In this document: in pieces, positions 37,012 through 50,009 of the stretch
Layout: each line of letters starts with the position of its first letter
Numbering within the stretch: position 1 is the first letter of the stretch
Source: Octopus sinensis
Taxonomy: Eukaryota
Reading direction: 5' to 3'
Length of the DNA: 64,000 nt
Assembly: GCF_006345805.1 (NCBI RefSeq)
Contig: NC_043017.1
Span: forward strand, 6,882,001-6,946,000
Translations under genes and position numbers: made by a program
Notes under the pieces: generated by a model
Databases searched by the model: none
What the model was told of the DNA's origin: nothing
Seen by the model: only the letters and a program-made list of their open reading frames with translations

Positions 37012-37590
37012 TATTCTTTTCTACTGTAGGCACAAGGCCCGAAATTTTTAGGGAAGGGGCCAGTCGATTAGATCGATCCCAGTACGCAACTGGTACTTAA
37101 TTTATCGACCCCGAAAGGATGAAAGGCAAAGTCGACCCCTGCGGCATTTGAACTCAGAACGTAAAGACCGACGAAATACCTATTTCTATTTTCTTTACTA
37201 CCCACAGGGGGTTAAACACACAGAAGCAAACAGGACAGACAAACGAATTAAGTCGATTACATCGACCCCAGTGCGTAACTGGTACTTATTTAATCGACCC
37301 CGAAGGATGAAAGGCAAAGTCGACCTCGCGGAATTTGAACTCAGAACGTAGCGACGGCGAAATACCTATTTCTTTATTACCCACAAGGGGCTAAACATAG
37401 AGGGGACAGACAAAGGTATTAAGTCGATTACATCGACTCCAGTGCGTAACTGGTACTTATTTAATTGACCCCGAAAGGATGAAAGGCAAAGTCGACCTCG
37501 GCGGAATTTGAACTCAGAACGTAGCGACGGGCGAAATACCGCTAAGCATTTCGCCCGGCGTGCTAACGATTCTGCACGCTCGCCGCCTTA
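37012..37590 (-). mobile_element. Trimeric family A SINE
   Basis: One head followed by three bodies joined at aaagaaata|ggtatttcg; the last unit has tail B. Confidence 0.8.
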
Positions 37591-37667
37591 ACGCTTAGTT
37601 GTAAATAATACAAGAGAAATACGAGTGAAAATAGAGAAAAAATTTGTATAAAATAGTTCCAACTTAC

Positions 37668-37724
37668 CATAATGAACCACTTGATACTGACTGAGTTTAA
37701 CCACTTGCCGATGAGAATAGCCAT
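37668..37724 (-). CDS. NOX4: NOX4-type NADPH oxidase, coding exon 1 (MAILIGKWLNSVSIKWFIM)
   Basis: ATG at 37724-37722 with an in-frame TAA two codons upstream; 57 nt ending at a strong donor ATG|GTAAGT. The 19 aa align with the human NOX4 N-terminus MAVSWRSWLANEGVKHLCL (MA, WL, K in register) and join exon 2 in phase 0. Too short for the ORF track. Confidence 0.82.
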
Positions 37725-38232
37725 CAGTTATATAGGTGTGTATTAGATGGGATATATATAAATATATATATATTAGATGTGTAAGTAAAATATGTATTAA
37801 ATGTAGAGATATAGATATAGATATATTACGTGTGTGTTTGTGTGTTTGTGTATCAATAAACTTACAAATAAATTAGGAAAAATATTTCACTTTCGTTGTT
37901 TTGTTATTTGTGTATAATTATTAAAATAATTCCGTTGTTGTTATTATTTTTTAAAAACTTGTTGGTTTTGTCTTTTCTGTCGCTTATTCCTTTTTTCTTA
38001 TACTTTTCGCTGTTGTTACTCTGCGAAAGAATGTCTTCGTTTTCTCCTTATATTTGTTAATCCGGTGTTTCAAATGTTTTCTTGTGGGTTTGAATGTTTC
38101 GCCGAGTGCATGAGGACAGACAGACAGGCTGCAAAGCATGTGTCGACATACAGGCATACGACTGTATATTTATATACACACACACACACATACACACATA
38201 TATACATACATGCACAGATAGACAGATAGATT

Positions 38233-38373
<141 letters not shown>

Positions 38374-38495
38374 ATGTCGGGAATGAGAGAAAATAGGAAA
38401 GAGCGAAGGAGAAAAAGACAGAAAATATGAAGGGAAGATTTGTAGGGGTCTTTTATATGTATGTATATGCGTGTATGTGTGTTTGTGTGTTGTGT

Positions 38496-38528
<33 letters not shown>

Positions 38529-38644
38529 TTGTGTGTGTGAGTGCGTGTGTGTAGCGTGTCTTGACAGGACTTTATGGTGTGTGAGGAAGAGACAGACAGA
38601 CAGACGGAAGGATGAAAAGATGGGAAGTAAGGTGACGTTATCAA

Positions 38645-39316
38645 TGATAAGGGGTGTGGCGGCGGCAGTAGCTGCGGCACTAAAAATGACTGCGGTGGCG
38701 GCGGTGGAATTGGTGGTGGTGGCGGCGGCGGTGGTGGTGGTGGCGGTGGTGGCGTGGCGGTGGTGGTGGTGATGTGGTGGTGGTGGTGGTAGTGGTGGTG
38801 ATAAAGTTCGTGCTGTAAGGGTGACGTTTATGATGGTGGTGGTGGTGGTGGTGCTGATGGTGCCGGTCACTGATGCGATGTTGTAGTTGTTGTTGCTGTT
38901 GTAGTTGGCGGTGGTGGTGGTGTTTGTTGCGGTGGTGTTTGCGGTGGTGGTGGCTGCGGTAAAAGTATCACAAGTGCGACATTAGTAACAGCTCCAGTAG
39001 TAGTGGTGATGGTCACGATAATGTTAGTGGTACCGGTAACGTTAACAGTGGCGGCGGTAGTAGAGGTGGTTGTGTTTGCAGTGGTGGCGGCAATGTTAGT
39101 ATCGGTGGTGGTTGCGGTTACGGCGATGATGCTTGTATCCACTGTTGTAGTGGCGGATAGCCTGTTGCCGTGGTGGTTGCGGTGAGGTTGGTAGTTGGTG
39201 GTACCATTTGTGACAGTGTGGGTGGTAGTGGTAGCTAAGTTTCCAGTAGTAGTAGTAGTAGTGGTGGTGGTGGTGGTGGTGGTGGTGGCGCCGGCGGTTT
39301 GGTGAAGGGGATAACG

Positions 39317-39365
<49 letters not shown>

Positions 39366-39415
39366 CAGTGGTGTTGTTGTTGTGGTGGTGGTGTTGGTGG
39401 TGGTGGAGTCACACC
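38645..39415. repeat. (GGT/GTA/GGC)n trinucleotide low-complexity tract
   Basis: Direct reading; source of the Thr/His/Tyr-run ORFs. Confidence 0.85.
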
Positions 39416-39831
39416 CCACCACTTTTTTTTTTGTCTTGTATTCCTCAGCGTCAGTTCAAAGCCGAATATGAAGAACACCAGAGAGAGAATCGAGAGGCTT
39501 TGCAGTGGAAACTGTTACAGTAGTCATGGCAGCAAGCAGAATGGTAAAGTCACGTGTTTGGGGTTAGTTTACCGCAGACTGGAACCTTAGAGCGATCGGC
39601 GGGTGGTGGAGGTTGGTTACGGTTGTGGTTGTAGTGATGGTGGTGGTGGTGGTGGTGGTGGTGTTTGTTTAAGGGTACGGTTTGGGTACAGACTAGTATG
39701 TGTACTTTACGATACCTTCTCTATGCACACACTTTTACGTATATATGTATGCATACATACACACACTCATATATATATTATATATATACACATACACACA
39801 CTCATATATATATTATATATACACATACCAC

Positions 39832-39875
<44 letters not shown>

Positions 39876-39879
39876 TCTC

Positions 39880-40262
39880 TTTACTCTTTACTCTTTTACT
39901 TGTTTCAGTCATTGACTGCGGCCCTGCTGGAGCACCCCCCTTTAATCGAGCAACTCGACCCAAGGACTTCTTCTTTTTGTAAGCCCCCAGTACTTATTCT
40001 ATCGTCTCTGCCGAACCGCTAAGTAACGGGGATATAACACACCAGCATCGGTTGCAAGCAATGCTAGGGGGGCAAGCACACAAACACACACACATACATA
40101 TATTATACGACAGTGCTTCTTTCAGTTTCCGTCTACCAATTCACTCACCAGGCTTTGGTCGGCCGGGGCTATAGCAGAGACACTTGCCCAAGATGCCACG
40201 CAGTGGGACTGAACCCGGAATCATATGATTGGTAAGCAAGCTACTTACCACACCACACCCAC
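39880..40262 (-). mobile_element. SINE family B, full length
   Basis: Matches 5405-5820. Confidence 0.78.
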
Positions 40263-40322
40263 TCCTGTTTCTATATATAATATATATATATATATATAAT
40301 AATATATATATATATATATATA

Positions 40323-40396
<74 letters not shown>

Positions 40397-41246
40397 TACT
40401 CACTACATTTTGGTAGATATGTATGCCACTTGTTCACAGCTGAATAATTATATACACGTATCCACATTCCATCTATGTATATACAGCTTCTACACCCGTT
40501 ATCTATGTACATAGAGTAATATACGTTTATATACTAGTTGTTATCATTTAATAAGTGTGTATGCGTGTGTGTGTGTGCGCGCGCGCGCACGTGTGTGTGT
40601 GTGTTTGTGTGTGAGTGCGTGTGTGTGTTGTGTGTGTGTGTGTGTGTGTGTGAAATTAACGTGCAAGTGGCTGAGCACTCCACAGACACGTGTACCCTTA
40701 ACGTAGTTCTCGGTGGGGGGAGGATTCAGCGTGAGACAGAGCGTGACAAGGCTGGGCCCTTTTGAAATACAGGTACAACAGAAACAGGAAGAAAGAGTGA
40801 GAGAAATTTGTGGTGAAAGAGTACAGCAGGGATCACCACCATCCCCTGCCGGAGATTAAGGTGTTTTTGTTCAATAAACATTCACAGCGCCCGGTCTGAG
40901 AATCGAAACCGTGATCCTACGACTGCGAGTCCGCTGCTCCAAACTGGGTCATTGCGCCTATATATATATATATATATATATATAACGCAAGCACACACTA
41001 TTTATGTATATACCGTTTCTATACCCTGTATTTAGGTATTCTTTTAGGCCGTTTGACTGCGGCCATACTGGAGCACCGCTTTCGGTCGAACGAATCGACA
41101 CCAGGATCTATTCCTCGTAAACCTAGTATTTATACTTTCGGTCTTTTTTGCTGAAACAAGTTTCGAGGACATAAACACACCAACATAAGTTGTCAAGCGA
41201 TGGTAGGGGGACAAACACAGACACAAAGACACACACACACACACAT

Positions 41247-41313
<67 letters not shown>

Positions 41314-42015
41314 TGTACATTTTTTATACAGTCTAGACATATACTGCTTTTATACCCTGCTTTTAGGTATGTAGAATAATGTGCTTTTCTATACCATATG
41401 TTCGCACCAGAACGAATAATATACACACATCCACATGTATATACAGTTTCTATATCCTATATCTAGAAATAGAGAATATATTGTTTTCACTCAGACTAAT
41501 TATATATACTCATCCACACATTGTCTAAGTATATACAGCTCCTATACCCTGTATTTAGACTCCTATATATATAGTAAGGTGTGCTTGTATACCCCTTCTT
41601 CACAACCAGACTATTTCTAGCTCGCGAAGAAACCTCTACATGGTCGCTCAAACTGCTAGAAAAAGTTAGACAAATGTTTCTCAAATCACACCCACTGTCT
41701 TGAATAAGATAGGATATAAAATAATGTATTCTAAGAAGCCCTTAAAGAGGTTATCTATGGATGGCCACGAATGGAAACACTCTGATCATAGATTGGCTGA
41801 TTCAGTGTGCTGATCCACAACAGCAAAAGCAGCCATGTTTTTTCGCTGTTTCCCTACATGTACGATGCTTTTTCGCTAAGTTATATACATATATCAACGA
41901 CCACTGAAAAGTTTGCAAGACGCAACGAAAATTTTGGTAAAAATAAATAAGTAAATGAGTGGAAATCGAACCGGTGAGTGTGTCAAATAATAAGGCACTA
42001 AAAGAGAATAACTCC

Positions 42016-42196
42016 GCAGATACAATAATGTATATATGATTATTAAAGAGGACAACAAACGTTAAGGCAAGACAAACATCTCAAGTCGTATACGCTATTA
42101 TTATTGGAAAAATCCTATAATAATAACGTACATGACTGGAGATGTTTGCCTTGCCTTAAACGTTTGCTGTCCTCTTTAACAATTATATATATCTGC
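42016..42196. repeat. Long imperfect palindrome (~70-bp arms)
   Basis: ttaaagaggacaacaaacgttaaggcaagacaaacatctc... pairs with ...gagatgtttgccttgccttaaacgtttgctgtcctctttaa. Confidence 0.85.
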
Positions 42197-42486
42197 TATA
42201 TAGGAAATCTGCAATGGCTCCCTAACTACCGTCTCGACTATAACCTTTAGCCCTGGTAATCCGTTACAGCATTTACCTAGCGTACCTAGTCGTTTAGATC
42301 ATTTGTGAATCAAACCCCTATATTTTGTGTGTCTGTGTGTGTGTGTATATATATATTCTAATCACACGTGTCTCGAGGTGTGCCGAAGATTTTCTATTTT
42401 GGATATATTTGGGGTACTTAAGTCTGCTCGGGACTTAGTGCTTGCTTTTTCCATGGGTATGAGTATTTCACTTATATCTCAAGTAT

Positions 42487-42545
42487 TTGCCGCTGAAGAG
42501 GGGAAAATTCTATGAATTAACCCCGAAAGTGGACCAATACGGTAA
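42487..42545 (+). ncRNA. Type I hammerhead-like motif
   Basis: TTGCCG-CTGAAGA-GGGG(aa-AATTC-tat-GAATT-aa)CCCC-GAAA-GTGGACCAA-TA-CGGTAA. Confidence 0.55.
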
Positions 42546-43299
42546 TAACGAATTTTTTAGAAATTTCTATCGGTTTGTTTCGAGACGTATAAATTATAAT
42601 GGTTGTTTGACAATTTTTGTCTTTCTTTCGGCATATTTGGCATTAGAATTTTTCTTTTGCCCTTATTTTGTAAATTATGTATATATATATGAATCAAATA
42701 AAATATGGTTTGAGTCAACGACCGCCTGATGCCGTTCAGCAGCATATTACAATCACGTGACGTAACACTAACAACTTTCTACCTGCTGTTGATCGTATAT
42801 TAGCTCGTGTGGGCCATCTTTTCCTCGCGTTAGCCCAGATTAGCCCACCCATGTTAACTCAAGGGTCCATGTTTACCCCAGTATCTTTTCTTCTTTTATT
42901 ACAGTGAATAAGATGACTAGTGCGATAAAGTAACCAATTGTCGGGTTTGTACTCTACGCTAACAAACTTAAAACATCTTTATGGCTCAGTGGAAGTAACT
43001 CTAAATAGGAACCATAGTTATGTAACTTCAGCACCGTGTAATTGTGTGTATGTATGTCTGATTAGTGTTTATTTAATTGACAGGCCCTACTTTAAACACC
43101 ATGATCCGAATGTAACGTAAGTTTGGAGAGATATATTATCCGGGCGGATGCCGTGTTAGCTCTCAGATGGGTTCCAGATGCCAGCTAACCATAACGGTCA
43201 GTATCCAATGTCTGTGTCTAAAATTAGTCGTGAATTCTTCCGGTGGGTAATTCTGTGTCCTACGCCGAACTGCAATGGTCCCCTGGAGTATATATTAAT

Positions 43300-43346
<47 letters not shown>

Positions 43347-43482
43347 GGAGTATGGAGACTTGTACACCAAAAAATTTTATTTTATAGTTATATACAGTAT
43401 ATTATCTGTTGTATATAACTATAAAATGAATTTTATGAATGTACAAGTCTCCATACTTATTATTATTACTATACAGTCACAA

Positions 43483-43845
43483 AGCAGCGAACTGGCAGGT
43501 ATTTCGTCTGCCGCTACGTTCTGAGTTCAAATTCCGCCGAGGTCGACTTTGCCTTTCATCCTTTCGGGGTCGGTTAAATAAGTACCAGTTACGCACTGGG
43601 GTCGATGTAATCGATAATCCGTTTGTCTGTCCTTGTTTGTCCTCTCTGTGTGTAGCCCCTTGTGGGTAGTAAAGAAATAGAAATAGGTATTTCGCCCGTC
43701 TTCACGTTGAGTTCAAATTATACCGAGGTAGATTTTGCATTTCATCCTTTTGGGGTCGATAAATTAAGAACCAGTTGAGCACTGGGGTCGGTATAATCAA
43801 CTAGTCCCCTACCCCAAAATTTCAGAACTTGTGCCTTTAGTAGAA
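43483..43845 (+). mobile_element. Dimeric family A SINE
   Basis: Junction aaagaaatagaaata|ggtatttcg, essentially the same as in 37012-37590. Confidence 0.8.
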
Positions 43846-44129
43846 AAGACTATATATATATATATAATCATTCAGTTATCGGGTTTGATAAACTCTGCCA
43901 GTGTTCTTTTAGATAGACAGGCAGAAAGACAGAGATAGATCTTATGAAGAGTGCGTTACGTTAGGTGAATAATATTTTCTGAAGTCAACACACACGAAAA
44001 ATATATTTTATGGTTTTGTAGCTCTATTCTTCATCTATAACATCCATTTATCGTTTCAGATATATAGCGATGGAGTGCCAAGTGGAAAATAAAAATTAAC
44101 ATTTTCGAAATCTGCTTCCCTTTGCTTTC

Positions 44130-44320
44130 AATCAAGATTCTCCAGAGAGAAGCAGGATATTAGCATTGTTCATCTGATCACTGATTGTGACCAGATCATC
44201 GGCAAATTCAGCATCTGTAATGTTCTTGGCAAGATATCGAATACTTCTTTTCTGTGAAAGAGTCAAACCAAAGCGATCTTTTTGAATCCAGTGCTCTCCT
44301 TAGTACATAGTCGAGGCCAC
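44130..44320 (-). mobile_element. RTE LINE reverse-transcriptase fragment
   Basis: LDYVLRRAL...GLTL..KRS.RY.AKNITDAEFADDL (YADD-like motif). Confidence 0.7.
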
Positions 44321-44821
44321 GGCTGGAATAACTATTAAGCGAAATAAGCATGTGCTTAGGGCATCGCGGGAAGCGGGGGCTCAACAGAAATAGTAAATGG
44401 TTTACGGCACAAAAGAAATCAGTTTAAACTTGCTAAAATGATATTCCAAGTGATTTATATGATCGGAAATATAATTTCAAAGTGTTTATAGCGAGGATGT
44501 GATCAAAGACTTTGCAATTAAAAAAAAAACTTTGCAAATATAAAAAAAAGCGGAAGTATACAAAAATAAAGATTACTTTCCATCTTACTGTTAGTGTTTT
44601 CTCATTTAAAAAAATCAAAATTTATTTTATGGCTCTTATTGTTTGTATATTGAATTACATACATATGAGGGAACCAAAATCTTGAAAGTGTTTAGGGCCT
44701 TTGTGGGTCTTAATTCGGCCCTGGTCGAGGCATATGAAGAATAGGTACAGTGCGAGGATATCAGCTTGTAGCACTCTGGCTGTAGTATATATATATATAT
44801 ATATATTTTCCTTCCGGTCTT

Positions 44822-45020
44822 TCAAAATGTGACCTCGTGTGTACCGTTGGCGATTTTTTTCCTCTGTCTTCCCTTCTCTGGATCTTTCCTTCTCCTATGT
44901 TTCCGACGAAGAGCTCCGCTCGAAACGTTAAACCCTCCTTCTTTCCTGAGCGTCCAATAATACTATATTTGTTCCACGTCCTCGTGTTGTGTTTTTTTGT
45001 GCTTTCTTGTTTGGATTAAC

Positions 45021-45021
<1 letters not shown>
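44822..45021 (+). mobile_element. HH family 1 copy (motif 44899-44933, core CCGACGA)
   Basis: Homologous to 8438-8646. Confidence 0.65.
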
Positions 45022-45058
<37 letters not shown>

Positions 45059-45059
45059 T

Positions 45060-45140
<81 letters not shown>

Positions 45141-45254
45141 TAAATTTAATAATAAGGGTAAAAATTGAATATTAATTTGATTAATATCAATTTAAAACCA
45201 GTGGCCTAGCATATTGTAAAATCTGAAGATTCAGAAAAATTATATTCCATATAT

Positions 45255-45477
45255 ATTTCTTTACTGCCCACAAGGGGCTAAACACAGAGGGGACAAACAA
45301 ACGGATGAAGTCGATTATATCTACCCCCAGTGCGTAACTGGTACTTAATTTATCGACCCCGAAAGGATGAAAGGCAAAATCGACCTCGGCGGAATTTGAA
45401 CTCAGAACGTAACGGCAGACGAAATACGGCTACGCATTTCGCCCGGCGTGCTAACGATTCTGCCAGCTCGCCGCCTT
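45255..45477 (-). mobile_element. SINE family A monomer
   Basis: Full head, core and tail A. Confidence 0.8.
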
Positions 45478-46039
45478 ATTATATTTCATATAATATATAA
45501 GATCAGGCTTCCTCAGCTGATAGTATTTTACGTTCCAAATGATTCCCTTTAATTGGTCATGCTTTGAAAACCTAAATATATCATTGGCTACTCTATTCAT
45601 TCACAAAAATAACAAGCTACGCTGTGTTGACGTAAGGAGGGGCTTGGCATTAAAAAACAACAACATATATTTCCTGAATTAATGAGGTTCGAGCCAGATG
45701 TAATATTAGATTTACTGACCTGCTGACCTCTCCACAGATACGGACCGATGGTGAAAATGGGTTTGACTGTGCTTTGAATGCACAACAGCATTTATGTTGA
45801 GGACTACACCGAACGAGGACGGAAGAGGATGTCGAAAAGTAAAAGAATCTACGCGAACGTCTTCCTCAACTTCTTAATGTTGTGACGTCATTTAAAGGCG
45901 GAATGTGGGGTGGATAGATGATGTATGTTTGCATATGTAATATACATATATGTATACGTGCATATATGTATGTGTATGTATGTATATATATATAATATAT
46001 ATATATATATGCACACACACACATATTCGCCATATATCC

Positions 46040-46095
<56 letters not shown>

Positions 46096-46104
46096 GGATG
46101 GATG

Positions 46105-46182
<78 letters not shown>

Positions 46183-46405
46183 TAACTGAATGGATAAATG
46201 TCTGTATGTATGTATATTCTACTCTTAATCTTTTAATTAAGAATAAATTTTGACCGGTCACTTGCTTGGAAGCAAGGTTATGAAGAAAATACCTTGTTTT
46301 AACCGTTATCTTTTAAATATTAAAAAGGTATTGCAGATTCTTATAGTTCCAGATATTGTGATCCTTTGTAATGTACGAATTAAGGATGTGTATGTGTGTG
46401 TGTGT

Positions 46406-46467
<62 letters not shown>

Positions 46468-48281
46468 ATGCAGCATCGTTACCACATATGTACGAAAGAG
46501 ATTAATTTGCTAGCAGAACTGAGAAACCACAACTGTGCTGCTCATATTTAAGAGAACACCCAAGCGAATGCACTGCTCAAAATCGGGTTACACCCATCAC
46601 GTGTCATATTAAATTTTGTACATGCAAAACTTCCGGAATGTTTTACATATTTTCACGGTGCCATTTATAACTTGTAATTTCAATTTCTTAATTAGCCGTG
46701 TCAACATAAGATCCAGCCCTTGTTACTTGAGGGAATTCTTGATTGAGATTATCTCTCCTTGTCAAATGGGGCTGGTCTTAATTGCCTCTAAAGTGGAAGA
46801 TAATTTTGATAAATCATGAATTTATGTTGTATAGTTTTTGATATACCTGTATTTGTCTATATTGTGCAAATACATGCCATTGACAATTCTGAATTATTTT
46901 TCTTAGCTCATTTTTTAAAAATATTTTTTGGCTTGACGGTTTGGAAGCATTTGTGCCTCAATAACCCAGAGAGCTATGCCAGTGAAACACAAGCTCCAGG
47001 TAGGGCCTCCCATGCTAAATATGTCAAAGGATAGATACCATATTAATATGGGTCACCTCTTCCCAGATGTAAAAATGGGTTTGTAAAGGGTCAGCACTAC
47101 CTATAAAAAACCTCATGGTCTAGAGATAAGAGGACAGCAGTGGACACATTAATGGCCCGCCACCTTCGGAGAATTCTTGCATGTGAAAATTATTTCCCTT
47201 TCTCAAGTGGAACTGATCTTAATTGCAATTTGTTAATTATGATCCAGTCTACCGAGGCGGAGATAATTTTAGTTAATCAAGAATTTATGTTATGTGGTAT
47301 TTGATGGCCAAACTCCATCCCTGTATCCTCTGAGAATATCGTAACCAGGACCAGACTCTTCATATCGTTCATTTCGGTTTCAATTTTTTGGCACAAGGCC
47401 AGCAATATCGGTGGAGGAGTTAAGACGATTATATTGACCCCAGTGCTCAACCGATACTTATTTTATCGACCCCCCGAAAGGATGAAAGGCAAAGTTGACC
47501 TCGGCGATATTTGAATTTAGAACGTAGAGCCAGAAGAAATGTTGCTTAGCATTTTGTCTAACGCGCTAACGATTCTGCCATTTTGACGCCTTTCTTCTGA
47601 TATGACATAATCCTTTCTACTACAGACACAAGGCCTGAAATTTTGTGGAATAGTCTGGTCGATTACGTAGACTCCAATGTTCAACTTGTACCCATTTTAT
47701 CGAACCCGGAAAAATAAATAGCAAAGTCGACCTCAGCGGAATTTGAACTCTGAGCACAAATAGCGTAATGATTCTGCTAACTCACTACCTTTCCTCTGAC
47801 ATCACATGATGTTGATTTGAAGTTGCTCAGCACAACCACAAACTCCTTTCTATCCAGTTGTTTGTTTGACGTACAATCACAGTTCACTGTTGTCCTGGGT
47901 ATGGCTTTAAACAGCATCCGGTAATGGGGACCTGGCTCCGGAGTCCCACTGTTTTGAGGAAGGTGGGACCACTCTTATCTACTATTCTTCCCAGATCTAT
48001 GCTGACCCGAAGGGTCCCAGCTATCGGTTAATTAATATATTAGTGCTTGCCTGCCTATGCATTTGGAAACTAGGCCCAGTGAACTCAGCGGAAGAAACCT
48101 TCATGGTTCAACGGAGAGGAAGGCGGCTGCAGAGAGCAAGACGAAGCAAGCAATACACCTTGGTCATCTACTACATCTGTCTCCATCTCCTGACATTTCG
48201 ACCTGGTCTTGCCACTGCATTGAAGATGATCACGGACGAGAGAGTGAAGCTGAAGGTGCACAACACTTCTTCACTTTAAAT

Positions 48282-48565
48282 CAGTAGTTCTCAAAGCGGG
48301 CGGTACTTCCCCCTTGGGGGCGGTGCAAAGATCCAGTGGGGAAGGCGTGGAAGAAAAGTGGGGTGATAATGGGTGGCCGAAAAGGGGGCGATGGATGTTA
48401 AAAAAAAACTAAAATAAAGGGTTAATTAAGTCTTATTTCTGAAATACAGTTTTGAACTTGCTGCAGAAAGTGGTCAACGTTTGTGACAGTGAGAGGAGAA
48501 GGGGCGCTAAGAATGCAGCTCAAGTGCCGAAAGGGCCGCAGCCTGAAAAAGTTTGGGAACCACTG
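48282..48565. mobile_element. hAT-type MITE, same family as 24731-24989
   Basis: CAGTAGTTCTCAAA...TTTGGGAACCACTG; decayed 8-bp TSD (CTTTAAAT/CCTTAAAC). Confidence 0.8.
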
Positions 48566-49359
48566 CCTTAAACGAAGTCATATTTTAAGATGACCAGATG
48601 GTCTTCGTCGCACCGAAGGGTGGACGTAACAATCCCAGTTTGTACAAGAGGCACCGATTCAGACTTGTATACACGTTCTGAGTTCAAATTCCGCCGAGGT
48701 CGACTTTGCCTTTCATCCTTTCGGGGTCGATAAATAAAAAAAGTACCAGTTTCGCACTGGGGTCGATGTAATCGACTTAATCCCTTTGTCTGTCCTTGTT
48801 TGTCCTCTCTATGTTTAGCCCCTTGTGGGCAGTAAAGAAATATACATTTTATTCATTTATATTCTGCTAATCAGTTGGTTGGTAGTTCTTCACCATTCTG
48901 AGTGGAATTTGGTTTCCATATCAGAATTGTTTCTGCTAATTTGGTATACTTATATCCCCACCGAGAGCTTGCTGACAGAAGTTGATAAAGAACTGCCGAT
49001 AAATTACCAGTGTTTGTGGTTGTTTTCCGTTTTTCTTTTATTTTTGGATTTATTTTGTTCGTTTGTTTTTTTGTGTTTTTTTTTTTCGTTCTTCGTTGCT
49101 GATTGTTTTTCTTTTTCGTACCAGTAGCCATCAGTCAAGTCTATTCCTGCTGTTTTCCTATCTTGAACTTTATTTACACACAAACACACACACACACACG
49201 TATAAAATAATACATATATCATTCTTTAACAAGAATAGCATTGACATTAAAGAATAATAAATAGTTCTCTCTAAAAATATGGTGCAACCCTTCAGATTAA
49301 TGTAAGATTATATTTTTTTTTTATAACTGAACATAAAACCAAGTGACTGTATGGTACGA

Positions 49360-49700
49360 AGCTTGCTTCCCAACCACATGGTTCTGGGTTCAGTCCCACT
49401 GTGTAACACCTTCGGCAAGTGTCTTCTACTATAGCTTCGGGCCAACCAAAGCCTTGTGAGTGGATTTGGTTGACGGAAACTGAAAGAAGCCTGTCGTATG
49501 TGTGTGTGTGTTTGTCCTCCACCATTACTTTACAACCGATGTTGATATGTTAACGTTCCCCGTAACTTAGCGGTTCAGCAAAACAGAATGATAGAATAAG
49601 TACTAGGCTTACAAAGAATAAGTCCTGGGGTCGATTTGTTCGACTAAAGGCGGAGCTCCAGCATGACCGCAGACAAATGACTGGAACAAATAAAAGAAAA
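49360..49700 (+). mobile_element. SINE family B
   Basis: Matches 2891-3326. Confidence 0.75.
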
Positions 49701-49941
49701 AGAAAGACAAAAGGATATATAACAGGCTTCTTTAAGTTTCCTTCTACCAAATATACTCACATGTCTTCCATCGACCCGGGACTATAGGAGAGGTCACTTA
49801 CCCCAGGTGCCGCGCAGTTGAACTGAACCCAAACCACACCCTTGTGAAACAATCTTTTCAACCACACAGCTATGTATGTATGTCTGTATGTACAAGGTGT
49901 TGGGCTAAATTTGACAGTTTGCAGAAGAGGAAAAGACAAAA

Positions 49942-50001
<60 letters not shown>

Positions 50002-50009
50002 CCAGAAAT

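Larger units (their letters stand above)
3561..37667 (-). other. NOX4: NOX4 intron 1 (34,107 bp, repeat-filled)
   Basis: Bounded by the exon 1 GT and the exon 2 AG; no other NOX-like coding segment seen inside. Confidence 0.78.

Noticed and set aside
37725-37736. TATATAA upstream of the NOX4 ATG as a TATA box
   Set aside because: Only 3 nt from the start codon, too close for a core promoter; more likely AT-rich UTR.
45736-45840. Candidate exon on either strand (plus acceptor ctctccacAG; minus donor CAG|GTCAGT)
   Set aside because: The plus frames all stop, the minus peptides are unrecognisable, and there are no partner exons.
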